A DNA stretch of 64,000 nt. It comes from Dehalococcoidia bacterium (GTDB taxonomy: Bacteria > Chloroflexota > Dehalococcoidia > Plut-88900). A model generated the notes under the pieces. It was given only the letters and a program-made list of their open reading frames with translations. It did not search any database and was not told where the DNA came from. The DNA is taken from positions 2,560,001-2,624,000 of the forward strand of contig OZ240219.1 in NCBI GenBank assembly GCA_965197645.1, read 5' to 3'. Positions 37,820 to 47,069 of this stretch are shown one piece after another; position 1 is the first letter of the stretch; each line of letters opens with the position of its first letter. The position numbers and the translations under genes were made by a program.

Positions 37820-39022
37820 CTAAACTACACCTTCAGTCTCAAGCGCTTTCACCTCGTCCTGCGAGTATCCAAGTATGTTGCACAGCTTCTCGGCCGTGTG
37901 TTGCCCCAACAACGGCGCCGCTTTCACCGTGAGAGAGGACTCGGACATCTTGATAGGTGAACCGGGCAGGGTGAACTTGCCTATGGCCGGATGATCGATG
38001 GTGGTGATCATCCCCCTCTCGATGAGGTGGGGGTCGGAGTGTATCTCCTTGGCGTTGAGGCATGCGCCCGTCGGCACGCCGGCCTCCCCCAGGATACGCA
38101 TCACCTCGTGCTTGGTGCGCTGCATCGTCCACCCTTCGATGATGGGGTCGACCTCATCTCTATGCTCGAACCGGAGCTCGGACGTGGCGTACTTTTCGTT
38201 GCCGATCAGGTCCTCCCTGCCTATCCCCGTGAGCAGCGCCTGCCAGTGGTTGGACGGGGGCTCGCTGGCGAAGATATAGGCGTAATCGTCGGGACCTCCC
38301 GGTGCGCACTTGTAGAGCCTGGCAGGACAGACACCTGTTATCTGGTTTCCCGAGCGTTTTTCGGCATCCGGGTCGTCGTAGTAGCCCATCATTCCGACGC
38401 GGGAAAAGTTGACTATAGCTTCCTGCATCGCCACTTCGATTACCTGGCCCTTGCCTGTTTTCTCTCGCTGGTACAGCGCCGCTGTCACACCTAACGCGGC
38501 ATGGTACCCGGTGCCGATGTCGCCTATGGTCACGCCGATGGGGAGGGGCGGGCCATCTGGGTAGCCGTTGACGCTGTAGGACCCGCCGGTCGCCTGGGCT
38601 ATCATGTCGAAGGCCTTGTACCCGCTGTAGGGCCCCCAGGTACCGAAGCCTTTCACACGCGCCAGGATGATCCTCGGGTTGATCTCCGAGAGTACGTCGT
38701 AGCCCAGCCCCAGTCGCTCTAGGGTGCCCGGCCCCTGGTTCTCGGCAACGACGTCCGACTTCCGGACCAGGTCAAAGAAGATCTCCTTGCCCTTCTCTGT
38801 CTTGAGGTTGAGGCCCATGCTGTACTTGTTGCAGTTGAGAATGATGAAATAGTAGCTGTCCGCGCCCTCCTGCAGAGACCCGGCCCGCCCCGGATCGCCC
38901 CGACCCGGCGGCTCGATCTTGATCACCTCGGCGCCCAGCCAGGCCAGGGCCTGGGTACAGGTGGGCCCGGCTTCGAACTGGGTAAGGTCCAGTACTCTTA
39001 CATCGTCGAGGGCCTGTGCCAT
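37820..39022 (-). CDS. Class III CoA-transferase, formyl-CoA transferase (Frc)-like
   Basis: VLDLTQFEAGPTCTQ, DSYYF..LNCNK, catalytic Asp in TIGDIGTG, APLLGQHT. Confidence 0.88.
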   Translation of the reverse strand: MAQALDDVRVLDLTQFEAGPTCTQALAWLGAEVIKIEPPGRGDPGRAGSLQEGADSYYFIILNCNKYSMGLNLKTEKGKEIFFDLVRKSDVVAENQGPGTLERLGLGYDVLSEINPRIILARVKGFGTWGPYSGYKAFDMIAQATGGSYSVNGYPDGPPLPIGVTIGDIGTGYHAALGVTAALYQREKTGKGQVIEVAMQEAIVNFSRVGMMGYYDDPDAEKRSGNQITGVCPARLYKCAPGGPDDYAYIFASEPPSNHWQALLTGIGREDLIGNEKYATSELRFEHRDEVDPIIEGWTMQRTKHEVMRILGEAGVPTGACLNAKEIHSDPHLIERGMITTIDHPAIGKFTLPGSPIKMSESSLTVKAAPLLGQHTAEKLCNILGYSQDEVKALETEGVV

Positions 39023-39061
39023 GCTCGGTCTCCCTTCGTCTCCAGGAGGGGGTCTACGTCC

Positions 39062-40348
39062 TCAATCGGCGGAGGAGAGGGACTGTCCTCTCTTAGAGCG
39101 GGCCCCCAGGTACTCCAGCAGGTCCCTACCGTCGGGCGGCCACTGCTCTACCTGCTTGCCGAACTTCCTCAACAGCACCGGGTAGGAGTCCACAGGCATG
39201 TTGGATACAGGCTCCGCGACGGGTGAGACCCGGGCCATCGCCGCGTCGATGTAGGGGGCCAGCTCCTCGGCCTTACGCCTTTCCCGCTCCTCTTGCCGCT
39301 CCTTGAACCCCGGCGATACCCGGTCGGCGAACAGCTCCAGGGACTCGCATATATGGTCGTGTTGGTTGTTGCCTGCCTGCTGAATGAACACCACCTGGTC
39401 CACACCCGCCTCTTCGTACTTCTCCAGATTCTTGCGGACGTGGTCCGGGTCTCCAATGGCGGTGGTAGGCTCTCTCTCCTCGGTCCGGTGGGCCTGGAAG
39501 TCCTCCCATATGTTGAACTCCCCAGGCATGTGGGTGCCAGTGATGTAGTAGTGACTGAGGGCGTAGGCGAAGAACTGGAAACCCTCCAGTCCCCGTTTCA
39601 CCGCCGTATCCGAGTCCTCGTGACACATGAAGCCAGTGACCATGGCAATGTTGGGATTGACCGCCTGTCCAACGGGGCGGCACTCCTCTTTGAAGATGGT
39701 GTAATACTCGTCCACCCAGTGCTTCGCCTCCTCCGGATCGATGAAGGCGAAGCACAATGCCCCCATGCCCAGCTGGGCCGCGACCTTGATGGTATCTCTG
39801 TTGGAGCAGGCTACCCACAGGGGCGGATGAGGCTTCTGCACCGGCTTGGGTTTCACGTTTCGGGGCGGCATGGAGAAATAGTCCCCCTCGAAGCCCGGGT
39901 ATGGTTCGGAGCACATCATCTTGGCCGTCTCTCCCACGGTCTCCAGCCACATTTGCCTCTTCTGCTCGGCGTCCACACCGAACCCCTCCAGCTCGATGCG
40001 GGAGCTCGATTCTCCCGTGCCCCACTCGACCCGGCCATCGCTCACCAGGTCCAGCGTAGCTATGCGTTCAGCCACCCGGGCAGGGTGGTTGTAGCCCGGC
40101 GGCATCAGCACGATACCGTGGCCCAGTCTAATGTTCTTGGTGCGCTGGCTGCATGCCGCTAGGAAAACCTCGGGCGCCGAGGAATGGGAGTACTCCTCCA
40201 GGAAGTGGTGCTCCACCTCCCACGCATACTCAATGCCCAACCGGTCCGCCAGCTCCACCTGCTCCAGGGCTTCCTTGTAGAGCCGGTGCTCATCTCCATC
40301 TCCCCAGGGCCTGGGAATCTGGTGTTCGTAGAATATTCCAAATTGCAC
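39062..40348 (-). CDS. LLM class flavin-dependent oxidoreductase
   Basis: MQFGIFYE, WEVEHHF, HPARVAERIATLDLVSDGR, PKPVQKPHPPLWVA. Confidence 0.93.
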   Translation of the reverse strand: MQFGIFYEHQIPRPWGDGDEHRLYKEALEQVELADRLGIEYAWEVEHHFLEEYSHSSAPEVFLAACSQRTKNIRLGHGIVLMPPGYNHPARVAERIATLDLVSDGRVEWGTGESSSRIELEGFGVDAEQKRQMWLETVGETAKMMCSEPYPGFEGDYFSMPPRNVKPKPVQKPHPPLWVACSNRDTIKVAAQLGMGALCFAFIDPEEAKHWVDEYYTIFKEECRPVGQAVNPNIAMVTGFMCHEDSDTAVKRGLEGFQFFAYALSHYYITGTHMPGEFNIWEDFQAHRTEEREPTTAIGDPDHVRKNLEKYEEAGVDQVVFIQQAGNNQHDHICESLELFADRVSPGFKERQEERERRKAEELAPYIDAAMARVSPVAEPVSNMPVDSYPVLLRKFGKQVEQWPPDGRDLLEYLGARSKRGQSLSSAD

Positions 40349-40381
40349 TATATGTTCCTCGCGGGGTGTCGGATGTTCCCG

Positions 40382-40474
40382 ATTCTAGCGGCCCCGATAG
40401 TAACCGTCAATCGAAACAACGGAGTCCCTACGATGCGATGTTATCTTGACTTGACCATATACGGATAGTAGCAT
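40382..40474. promoter_or_regulatory. Back-to-back sigma70 promoters (LLM operon / CoA-transferase pair)
   Basis: Minus TTGACG-N17-TAGAAT (40382-40410); plus TTGACT-N17-TAGCAT (40446-40474). Confidence 0.65.
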
Positions 40475-40545
40475 TCGCCAATCCCTGACGGACTCCGGCA
40501 CGGCCCGCTATGACCAGATTGCACGTGGGAAAGAAGGCGTAACGC

Positions 40546-41760
40546 ATGCCTCCTCCATTGGACGGGTTAAGGGTGCTGGACCTCAGCACCGGCATAGCCG
40601 GGCCCTATGCCACCAAGCTCCTGGCCGATTACGGCGCTCGGGTCATCAAGGCCGAGAAGACAGGCGTCGGAGACCCCACCCGAAACGAGCCCCCCTTCCC
40701 CAACGATGTTCCCGATCGAGAAAAGAGCGGCCTGTTCCTTTTCTTGAACACCGGTAAGGAAAGCATCACCCTGGACCTGGAGTCCGCCGGCGGTCGGGAC
40801 CTGTTGCTCCGCCTAGTCGGCGAGGTAGATGTTCTGCTGGAGAGCCATCCCCCTTCGAAGTCCGAAGCCTTGGGCCTGACCTACGACCATCTCTCCGAAT
40901 ACAACCCGGCTCTCGTCGTAGCCTCCGTCACCGACTTTGGTAGAGAAGGGCCAAGTCGGGACCATAGGCTTACCGATCTAACCGCGTTCGCCGCCAGCGG
41001 ATTCATGTATTCCATGGGTGACGCCGATAGGCCTCCTGTACGACCCGGCGGCCCCTTCGCCGGCTTCATCACGGGCCAGCTGGCCTGCTTCGCCAGCCTG
41101 ACGGCCTATCTGGAGTCCCTGGGAAGCGGGCTGGGCCAACAGGTGGACGTATCCGTGCTGGAGGCCGTCGCCTCCGCGGTAATCTACGAGGTGCCTGCCT
41201 TCTCCATGTCCAAACAGACGCGCAAGCGCCATGGCAACTGGTTTCACGAGGAGGCCGGCATAACCATCTCGATACAACCCACCCGGGACGGCCATATCGG
41301 CCTAACCGTCGGCAGCGGCTACGAACGGTGGCGCGTCCTCTGGGAGACGTTGCTCGGCAGGCGCGAGGTACTGGAGGACGATCGATTCTTGGGTGTGAAC
41401 GGGCACAAGGACCATGGCAGGGAATTGGAGGAGAAAGTCCAGAAGGCCCTGAAAGAGCGCACCTCCGAGGAGTGGTTCCACGATGCACAGGCCCTCCGTC
41501 TCCTCTTTGGCAACGTCATGTCGATGGAGGACCTGTTCCACTGCGAGCACCTGCGGGAGAGAGGCTATTTCCAGCAGGTCGACCACCCGGTTCTCGGCTC
41601 CATTGAGTTGCCCGGCTTCCCCTTGACGTTCAGCGAGACGCCCCACGAAGGTTTGAAGCCCTCGCCCACGCTGGGCCAGCACAATCAACAAGTCTACTCC
41701 GAGCTATTGGGACTGCAATCCGACCAGCTACGGCAGCTCGCCGCCGAAGGAGTCATTTGA
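40546..41760 (+). CDS. Class III CoA-transferase subunit lacking the catalytic Asp (BbsE-like)
   Basis: VLDLS..IAGPYATKLLADYGA, LNTGKESITLDL; PFAGFITG at the position of the GD..G motif. Confidence 0.85.
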   Translation: MPPPLDGLRVLDLSTGIAGPYATKLLADYGARVIKAEKTGVGDPTRNEPPFPNDVPDREKSGLFLFLNTGKESITLDLESAGGRDLLLRLVGEVDVLLESHPPSKSEALGLTYDHLSEYNPALVVASVTDFGREGPSRDHRLTDLTAFAASGFMYSMGDADRPPVRPGGPFAGFITGQLACFASLTAYLESLGSGLGQQVDVSVLEAVASAVIYEVPAFSMSKQTRKRHGNWFHEEAGITISIQPTRDGHIGLTVGSGYERWRVLWETLLGRREVLEDDRFLGVNGHKDHGRELEEKVQKALKERTSEEWFHDAQALRLLFGNVMSMEDLFHCEHLRERGYFQQVDHPVLGSIELPGFPLTFSETPHEGLKPSPTLGQHNQQVYSELLGLQSDQLRQLAAEGVI

Positions 41761-43025
41761 TGGCAGCGACAGCCCGTCGTCGCCCCGTCCTCGAGGGCCT
41801 GCGCGTAGTCGATTTCTCCATGGGTTGGGCCGGCCCCCTGGCCGCCATGCTCCTGTCCGATTTCGGAGCTCAGATCATCAAGGTCGAGTCCATTACCCAT
41901 CTCGACTGGTGGAGAAGCGATTTTACCGGCGGAGACCCCGACGACCGCCCCTATGAGAAGGTCTCCCAATTCATCGGCGTCAACCGGAACAAGTTCGATT
42001 GCACGCTGGACATGACCAATCCGAGAGCTCTGGAACTGGTGAAGGACCTCATCTCCATCGCCGACGTCCTGGTCGAAAACTTCACTCCGCGGGTAATGAA
42101 GAACTTCGGTCTCACCTACGAAGCGGTCAGCGAAATCAACCCCAGCTTGGTAATGCTCTCGATGCCCGCCTTTGGGAGCTCCGGCCCCTGGCGGGACTAC
42201 GGGGCCTACGGCAACACCATCGACGTGCTAGCTGGTGTCGCCGGCCTGACCGGTTGGCCTGACCGCTCGCCCATTCTGGCCTCCAACGCCTACGGCGACC
42301 CCGTTTCGGGCATAGGAGGGGCCATAGGGCTGTTGATGGCGCTGGTGGCGAGACGCAGGACAGGACGCGGCCAGCACGTCGAGCTCTGTCATCAAGATCT
42401 GACAATACACCACGTGTCCCAGACCCTGATGGACTTCGTAATGAACGGACGAGTCGCCACCCGCCAGGGCAACCGGCACCCCTGGATGTCTCCCCACGGA
42501 GTCTACCCCTGCAAGGGGGAAGACAGCTGGATCGCCATCGCGGTGGCCACGGAAGACGAGTGGCTTTCCCTTTGCCGGGTGCTCGATCATCCCGAGGCCG
42601 CCACCGATCCCCGATTCCTCGACCTTTCTTCTCGCTCCAAGAACCAGGACGAGCTGGACGCCTTGCTGGGACAATGGACCGCCGGCTGGGAGAAATCGGA
42701 TCTAGCCCGCAGGTTGCAGGAGGCAGGTGTCTCAGCAGAGCCCGTCAACGCCGATGCGGACATGCTGGACGATCCCCAAATGGCCGCCCGGTCCAACTAC
42801 GTCTGGCAGGACCGGAAGTACGTGGGAAATCACCCCTACCCCGGGGTCACGGCCCGTCTATCCGCTACCCCCGGCGAGATCTGCATGCCCGCCCCCACCC
42901 TGGGAGAGCACAATCAGTTCGTGCTGGGCGAGGTGCTAGGGATATCCCATAAGGAGATAGAGTCGCTGCAGGCCGAGGGTGTCATCGGGGACCAGCCGCG
43001 CCGCTCCCGCTCCAAGAGCCAGTAG
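41760..43025 (+). CDS. Class III CoA-transferase, catalytic subunit (BbsF-like)
   Basis: WAGPLA, NRNK, VENFTP, AYGDPVSG with Asp; ATG overlaps the upstream TGA. Confidence 0.88.
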   Translation: MAATARRRPVLEGLRVVDFSMGWAGPLAAMLLSDFGAQIIKVESITHLDWWRSDFTGGDPDDRPYEKVSQFIGVNRNKFDCTLDMTNPRALELVKDLISIADVLVENFTPRVMKNFGLTYEAVSEINPSLVMLSMPAFGSSGPWRDYGAYGNTIDVLAGVAGLTGWPDRSPILASNAYGDPVSGIGGAIGLLMALVARRRTGRGQHVELCHQDLTIHHVSQTLMDFVMNGRVATRQGNRHPWMSPHGVYPCKGEDSWIAIAVATEDEWLSLCRVLDHPEAATDPRFLDLSSRSKNQDELDALLGQWTAGWEKSDLARRLQEAGVSAEPVNADADMLDDPQMAARSNYVWQDRKYVGNHPYPGVTARLSATPGEICMPAPTLGEHNQFVLGEVLGISHKEIESLQAEGVIGDQPRRSRSKSQ

Positions 43026-43087
43026 CAAGACAATTCCAACGGCCGATACCTGGTCTTGGTTCCAGAAACGCGACGAAGCCGGCGCTT

Positions 43088-44209
43088 CTATGCAGCCGTC
43101 CCCTCGAACCGGTAGGGGTCCAGAAAACCGATTTCCCAGGGACACTCGCCCGTGGTGAGGAGATCGCTCATGATCTTGCCCGCTGCCGGGCTCCACGTAA
43201 ATCCCAGACCGCCGTATCCCATGTTGACATAATACCCTTCGGGCGACCGCATCTTGCCCAGGATCGGTTCCTCGTCGGGGCTGGCCTCGATGATGCCCGC
43301 CCAAGTCCGCAACACCCGGACTCCCGCCGTGGAGGGCACCATGTCCACGAACCGCCTGGCGATGTCCCCCGTTACCAGTGACGAGGTTGGCTTTCGCTCG
43401 TTGGTATGGGGGTCTATGTCCAACTGCTGATATCCACCGAAATGGAGGTGGCCATGAACCCCCTGTCGGCAGTAGAGAACGTTGCCGTAGAACGTGGCCT
43501 TCGTCAGGACAGGCGCCGGAAGAGTGCACAGCATTTCAATGAGGAACGGCTCGGTGGGTATCGAGACCCCGACCATATCGTTTATCGCCCCTGACCACGG
43601 CCCGGCGGCGTTCACCACCTGCTCCGTGGCTATGGTACCGGCGTCCGTCTCGACCGCTACGATCCGGTCGCTCTCCACCTTGATCCCGGTCACCCTGGTG
43701 TCCTGGTATATCCGGCCGCCCAGCCGATTGATGCCCCAGGCCCACGCTTGCGACGTCAGCTGCGGGTTGGCCTGGCCGCTGTCCGCATGAAATGTGCCCG
43801 CCAGCGCGCCATCATGAAGGCCCGGCAGGATCTCCCGCATCTCCCTCAGGTCCAGCCGTTGCGCCTCCAGGCCGGCCTCTCGGCCCTGTTCCAACTCATA
43901 GTCCAGGTTCCACACCTCCTGCTCGGTGGAGGCGATGAACAGAGACCCGCCGAGCACGAACTCCGTGGGGGCGCCCAACTCCTCGTCCAGGTTCTGCCAT
44001 ATCTTGATCCCCTCTTGCAGGACCCTGGAAGAATCGATGCCGTGACCTCTGCCCGAAGCCCAACCTCCGTTCCGCCCCGACGCTTCCCACCCCGGGATCC
44101 CCTTCTCCACCAGCACAACGTCTTTGCCCGCCTTCAGGGTGAAATAGGCCGTCGCCAGGCCGATGACCCCGCCGCCGATAACGACCACGTCGGCCCGGTC
44201 AATGTTCAT
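43088..44209 (-). CDS. DAO-family FAD oxidoreductase (SoxB/OoxB/HcnC-like), copy 2
   Basis: VIGGGVIG, ASGRNGG, NAAGPW, RTWAG, GYGGLGF. Confidence 0.9.
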   Translation of the reverse strand: MNIDRADVVVIGGGVIGLATAYFTLKAGKDVVLVEKGIPGWEASGRNGGWASGRGHGIDSSRVLQEGIKIWQNLDEELGAPTEFVLGGSLFIASTEQEVWNLDYELEQGREAGLEAQRLDLREMREILPGLHDGALAGTFHADSGQANPQLTSQAWAWGINRLGGRIYQDTRVTGIKVESDRIVAVETDAGTIATEQVVNAAGPWSGAINDMVGVSIPTEPFLIEMLCTLPAPVLTKATFYGNVLYCRQGVHGHLHFGGYQQLDIDPHTNERKPTSSLVTGDIARRFVDMVPSTAGVRVLRTWAGIIEASPDEEPILGKMRSPEGYYVNMGYGGLGFTWSPAAGKIMSDLLTTGECPWEIGFLDPYRFEGTAA

Positions 44210-45344
44210 AGGCTTCTTCGGTATAGCCTTCGAACCGGGCCGGGTCCAGCATGCTTGCATCGATACTGGTCTCGCCTGTGGTAAGGATGTCGCTCATAAC
44301 CTTGCCGCCGATGGGGCTCCAGCTGAACCCCATCCCACCGTACCCGACGTTGACATAATATCCCTGGGGGCCCGGCATCTTGCCGACGATGGGAGTGTGG
44401 TCCGGGGTCGCATCGATGATGCCCGCCCAGGTGCGCAACACCCTCAGCCGCGCCACGTCGGGTATGAGATCGGCGAACCGCTGGGCAACATCTGCGGTGA
44501 TCAGAGAGTCGGTGGGTTTATCGGTGCTCTTCCTGATCTCTTTGGGAAACCCGTTGAACCCACCGAAGTGGAGCTGACCGTGGGCCGCTTGCCGGCAGTA
44601 CAGCACGTTGGCGTAGAAGGTAGCTTTGGTCAGGGTCGGCGCCGGAAGGGTGCACAGCATCTGGATGATGATGGGATCGCTGGGCAGCGATACTCCAACC
44701 ATGTCGTTGACTACCCCGGACCAGGGCCCCGCGGCGTTCACCACCTGCTCCGCCCCGATGCTGCCCGCCGAAGTCTCGACACCGACTATCCTGTCCCCGT
44801 CCACCTGGATGCCCGTTACGAGGGTGTCCTGGTATATCCGCCCGCCCAGCCTCTCGATGCCCCAGGCCCACGCCTGCGACGTCAGCTGGGGGTTGGCCTG
44901 GCCGCTGTTGGGGAAGAACAGCCCGAACTGGGCCTTATCGCTGAGGCCCGGTATGATCTCCTGCATCTCCTTCAGGTCGACCCGGCGCACTTCGTGCCCT
45001 ACCCTCACGGCCTCCTCGTGAATCTGTTCGACGTGGGTAGACTCCTCTTCCCAAAACGCTATGAACAGACAACCCCCGAGGGCGAATTCGGTGGGGGCGC
45101 CCAGCTCCTCATCCAGGGTCTGCCAGATCTTGATCCCCTCCATCATCGGCGCCGATGTCTTCATATCGTCCGGTACAAGGCCGTGGCCCGCGGCCCAGCC
45201 CCCGTTGCGGCCAGATGCCTCCCATCCGGGGATACCCTTGTCCAACAGGACCACATCTTTGCCCTCTTTGAGGGTGAAGTAGGCGGTGGAGAGGCCGATG
45301 ATCCCGCCCCCGATCACCACTACGTCGGCATTATCTATGTTCAC
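44199..45344 (-). CDS. DAO-family FAD oxidoreductase (SoxB/OoxB/HcnC-like), copy 1
   Basis: Same motifs; close tandem paralogue of 43088..44209. Confidence 0.9.
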   Translation of the reverse strand: MNIDNADVVVIGGGIIGLSTAYFTLKEGKDVVLLDKGIPGWEASGRNGGWAAGHGLVPDDMKTSAPMMEGIKIWQTLDEELGAPTEFALGGCLFIAFWEEESTHVEQIHEEAVRVGHEVRRVDLKEMQEIIPGLSDKAQFGLFFPNSGQANPQLTSQAWAWGIERLGGRIYQDTLVTGIQVDGDRIVGVETSAGSIGAEQVVNAAGPWSGVVNDMVGVSLPSDPIIIQMLCTLPAPTLTKATFYANVLYCRQAAHGQLHFGGFNGFPKEIRKSTDKPTDSLITADVAQRFADLIPDVARLRVLRTWAGIIDATPDHTPIVGKMPGPQGYYVNVGYGGMGFSWSPIGGKVMSDILTTGETSIDASMLDPARFEGYTEEAYEH

Positions 45345-46783
45345 TCCGAGGTCTCCGTAGCCTTGAGATATTCCTGGCGCATGGTCTGGTGGTACTCACT
45401 GAAAAGGAAGTCCTCCTCCTCGGCGGTCAGGTCCCTATTCTGCATGACTCCCAGGGGCAGCGGGCGGAAGGGCGGCCGATACGAGGCCAGCTCGACCTCG
45501 GACACTTCGACTCCCCGCTCGTCGGCTACCACCATCTGAATCTGCTCTCGGCACCGGCGGCTCTGGCAGTAGCCCATGCCCGCCCTGGTCAGCCTCTTTA
45601 TATGATCGGGGTGTATCGGCCCCTTGCCCATCATCTGCCGCAAATCGTTGCGGGTGACCTTCTCGCATATACAGACCAGCGCTTGGGAGCCGCCATCCGA
45701 TGTTCCGGCCCGCACCCACGACCTCCTGTACTCCAGCACTCCTTCAGCCGTTTCCCGGGAAGGGACTTCGATCTCCCCTCTGAGCGACACAGCCTCTGTC
45801 TCTCCGATCGCGTTCAGAGACTCGGCTGCGGAGATACCGGCGATGCGTCCTTGAGCGACTGCTAACTCGGGGGCGGCGAACGCCCCCTCGGTGAACCCGG
45901 CCACGTCGCCGGCGATGTAGATGTTTTCTTGGGTGGTGGACATGCGATGGTCCACCACCGGCACGAACCCGCCCAGGTCCGGCTCGAACCGTATATCGCA
46001 GCCCGTCCAGTACAGGGTCTCGATGTTGGGCACCATGCCGATGGCCAGACAGACCGTATCGCACTCCAGCTCTAGGTCTCGGCCCGAGTCCGCGTCTGAT
46101 ATGAGCAGCCCCTCTATCTCCGTGCCACCCAGGGCCTCTTTGATTCGGTGGTTGGTATAGATGGGCACTCCCGCCCCATCGACCTGGTCTCTACTCTCCC
46201 CGGAGCCTCGAATCTCAGGAGCTATGTCCACTATGCCCGAGACTTCCAGACCCCTGTCCAACAGCCTCGACGCTACGGTGAGGCCCAGCTCACCAGAGCC
46301 CAGCACCACAACCCTTTGGCCGCTAAAGGCCTGGTACACGTCCAGCAGGGCCAGCATTCCTCCCGCCCCACACACCCCGGCTTTGTCCCAGCCGGGGAAA
46401 ACGGTGCCCAGATCCCTGGCGCCCGGCGCGAATATCGCCGCGTCGTACTCCAGTCTCCAGGATTGGGTATCGTCGGCCAGCGTCAGAATCCTGTCCCGAT
46501 TACTGTCCCATACCATCGTCCCCAGCTTCAGATCAACCCCGGCTTCCTCCGCTTCCTGCAGGGCCGGTCGGGAAGCGACGGCCCGACTGAACATCTCCGC
46601 ACGATCTCCCGCCGTCGCCGTCATTCGCTGGCCGAAATGCAGAGGAATCTCCTGGGCCATCAGAGCAAAGTCTATGGGGTGTTCATCGATGAGAGTTACT
46701 TCCAGTCCGGCTTTCGCCGCCTCGATGGCTGCGGCGGTCCCCGCCACGCCGGCCCCGACAACTGCTAGCTGAGTCTTGTCCAT
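45341..46783 (-). CDS. FAD/NAD(P) oxidoreductase with C-terminal Fe-S Cys motif (OoxA/HcnB-like alpha subunit)
   Basis: VVGAGVAG, PGARD..FPGW, IAGD, CICEKV...KRLTRAGMGYCQSRRC, RPPFRP. Confidence 0.88.
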   Translation of the reverse strand: MDKTQLAVVGAGVAGTAAAIEAAKAGLEVTLIDEHPIDFALMAQEIPLHFGQRMTATAGDRAEMFSRAVASRPALQEAEEAGVDLKLGTMVWDSNRDRILTLADDTQSWRLEYDAAIFAPGARDLGTVFPGWDKAGVCGAGGMLALLDVYQAFSGQRVVVLGSGELGLTVASRLLDRGLEVSGIVDIAPEIRGSGESRDQVDGAGVPIYTNHRIKEALGGTEIEGLLISDADSGRDLELECDTVCLAIGMVPNIETLYWTGCDIRFEPDLGGFVPVVDHRMSTTQENIYIAGDVAGFTEGAFAAPELAVAQGRIAGISAAESLNAIGETEAVSLRGEIEVPSRETAEGVLEYRRSWVRAGTSDGGSQALVCICEKVTRNDLRQMMGKGPIHPDHIKRLTRAGMGYCQSRRCREQIQMVVADERGVEVSEVELASYRPPFRPLPLGVMQNRDLTAEEEDFLFSEYHQTMRQEYLKATETSE

Positions 46784-46923
46784 GGTTGACCTCCGAGCGT
46801 CGGCTATCTTATCACGCTTTTCTGCAGCCCGAACAAGCCTGCCTCAAAAGCTCGGATGTGGTTGTCCCAGCCTTCCGCCGTGGGAAGTTGTTGTAGTTGG
46901 GCGACCATGCCCCAGACCCCCTG

Positions 46924-46945
46924 CCAGAGGGAAGTTCCCCTCTGG
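46924..46945. repeat. Intergenic GC-rich hairpin (REP-like)
   Basis: CCAGAGGG-N6-CCCTCTGG in the divergent intergenic region. Confidence 0.45.
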
Positions 46946-47069
46946 ACTCTTTCAAAGCGGGGTTCTGAGACAAGCTCGACACGGCCTACATTCACGGGTT
47001 GGTGTACAATCTCATCAGACTTCGAATCTCCGGGGCTCACCAGCCGTAAAATCTCCGAGGGAGAAGTAG

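Noticed and set aside
43088-46783. Hydrogen cyanide synthase (hcnABC) or sarcosine oxidase assignment
   Set aside because: No HcnA or SoxD/SoxG subunit, and the alpha subunit lacks the folate-binding extension of SoxA; only a family-level call is supportable
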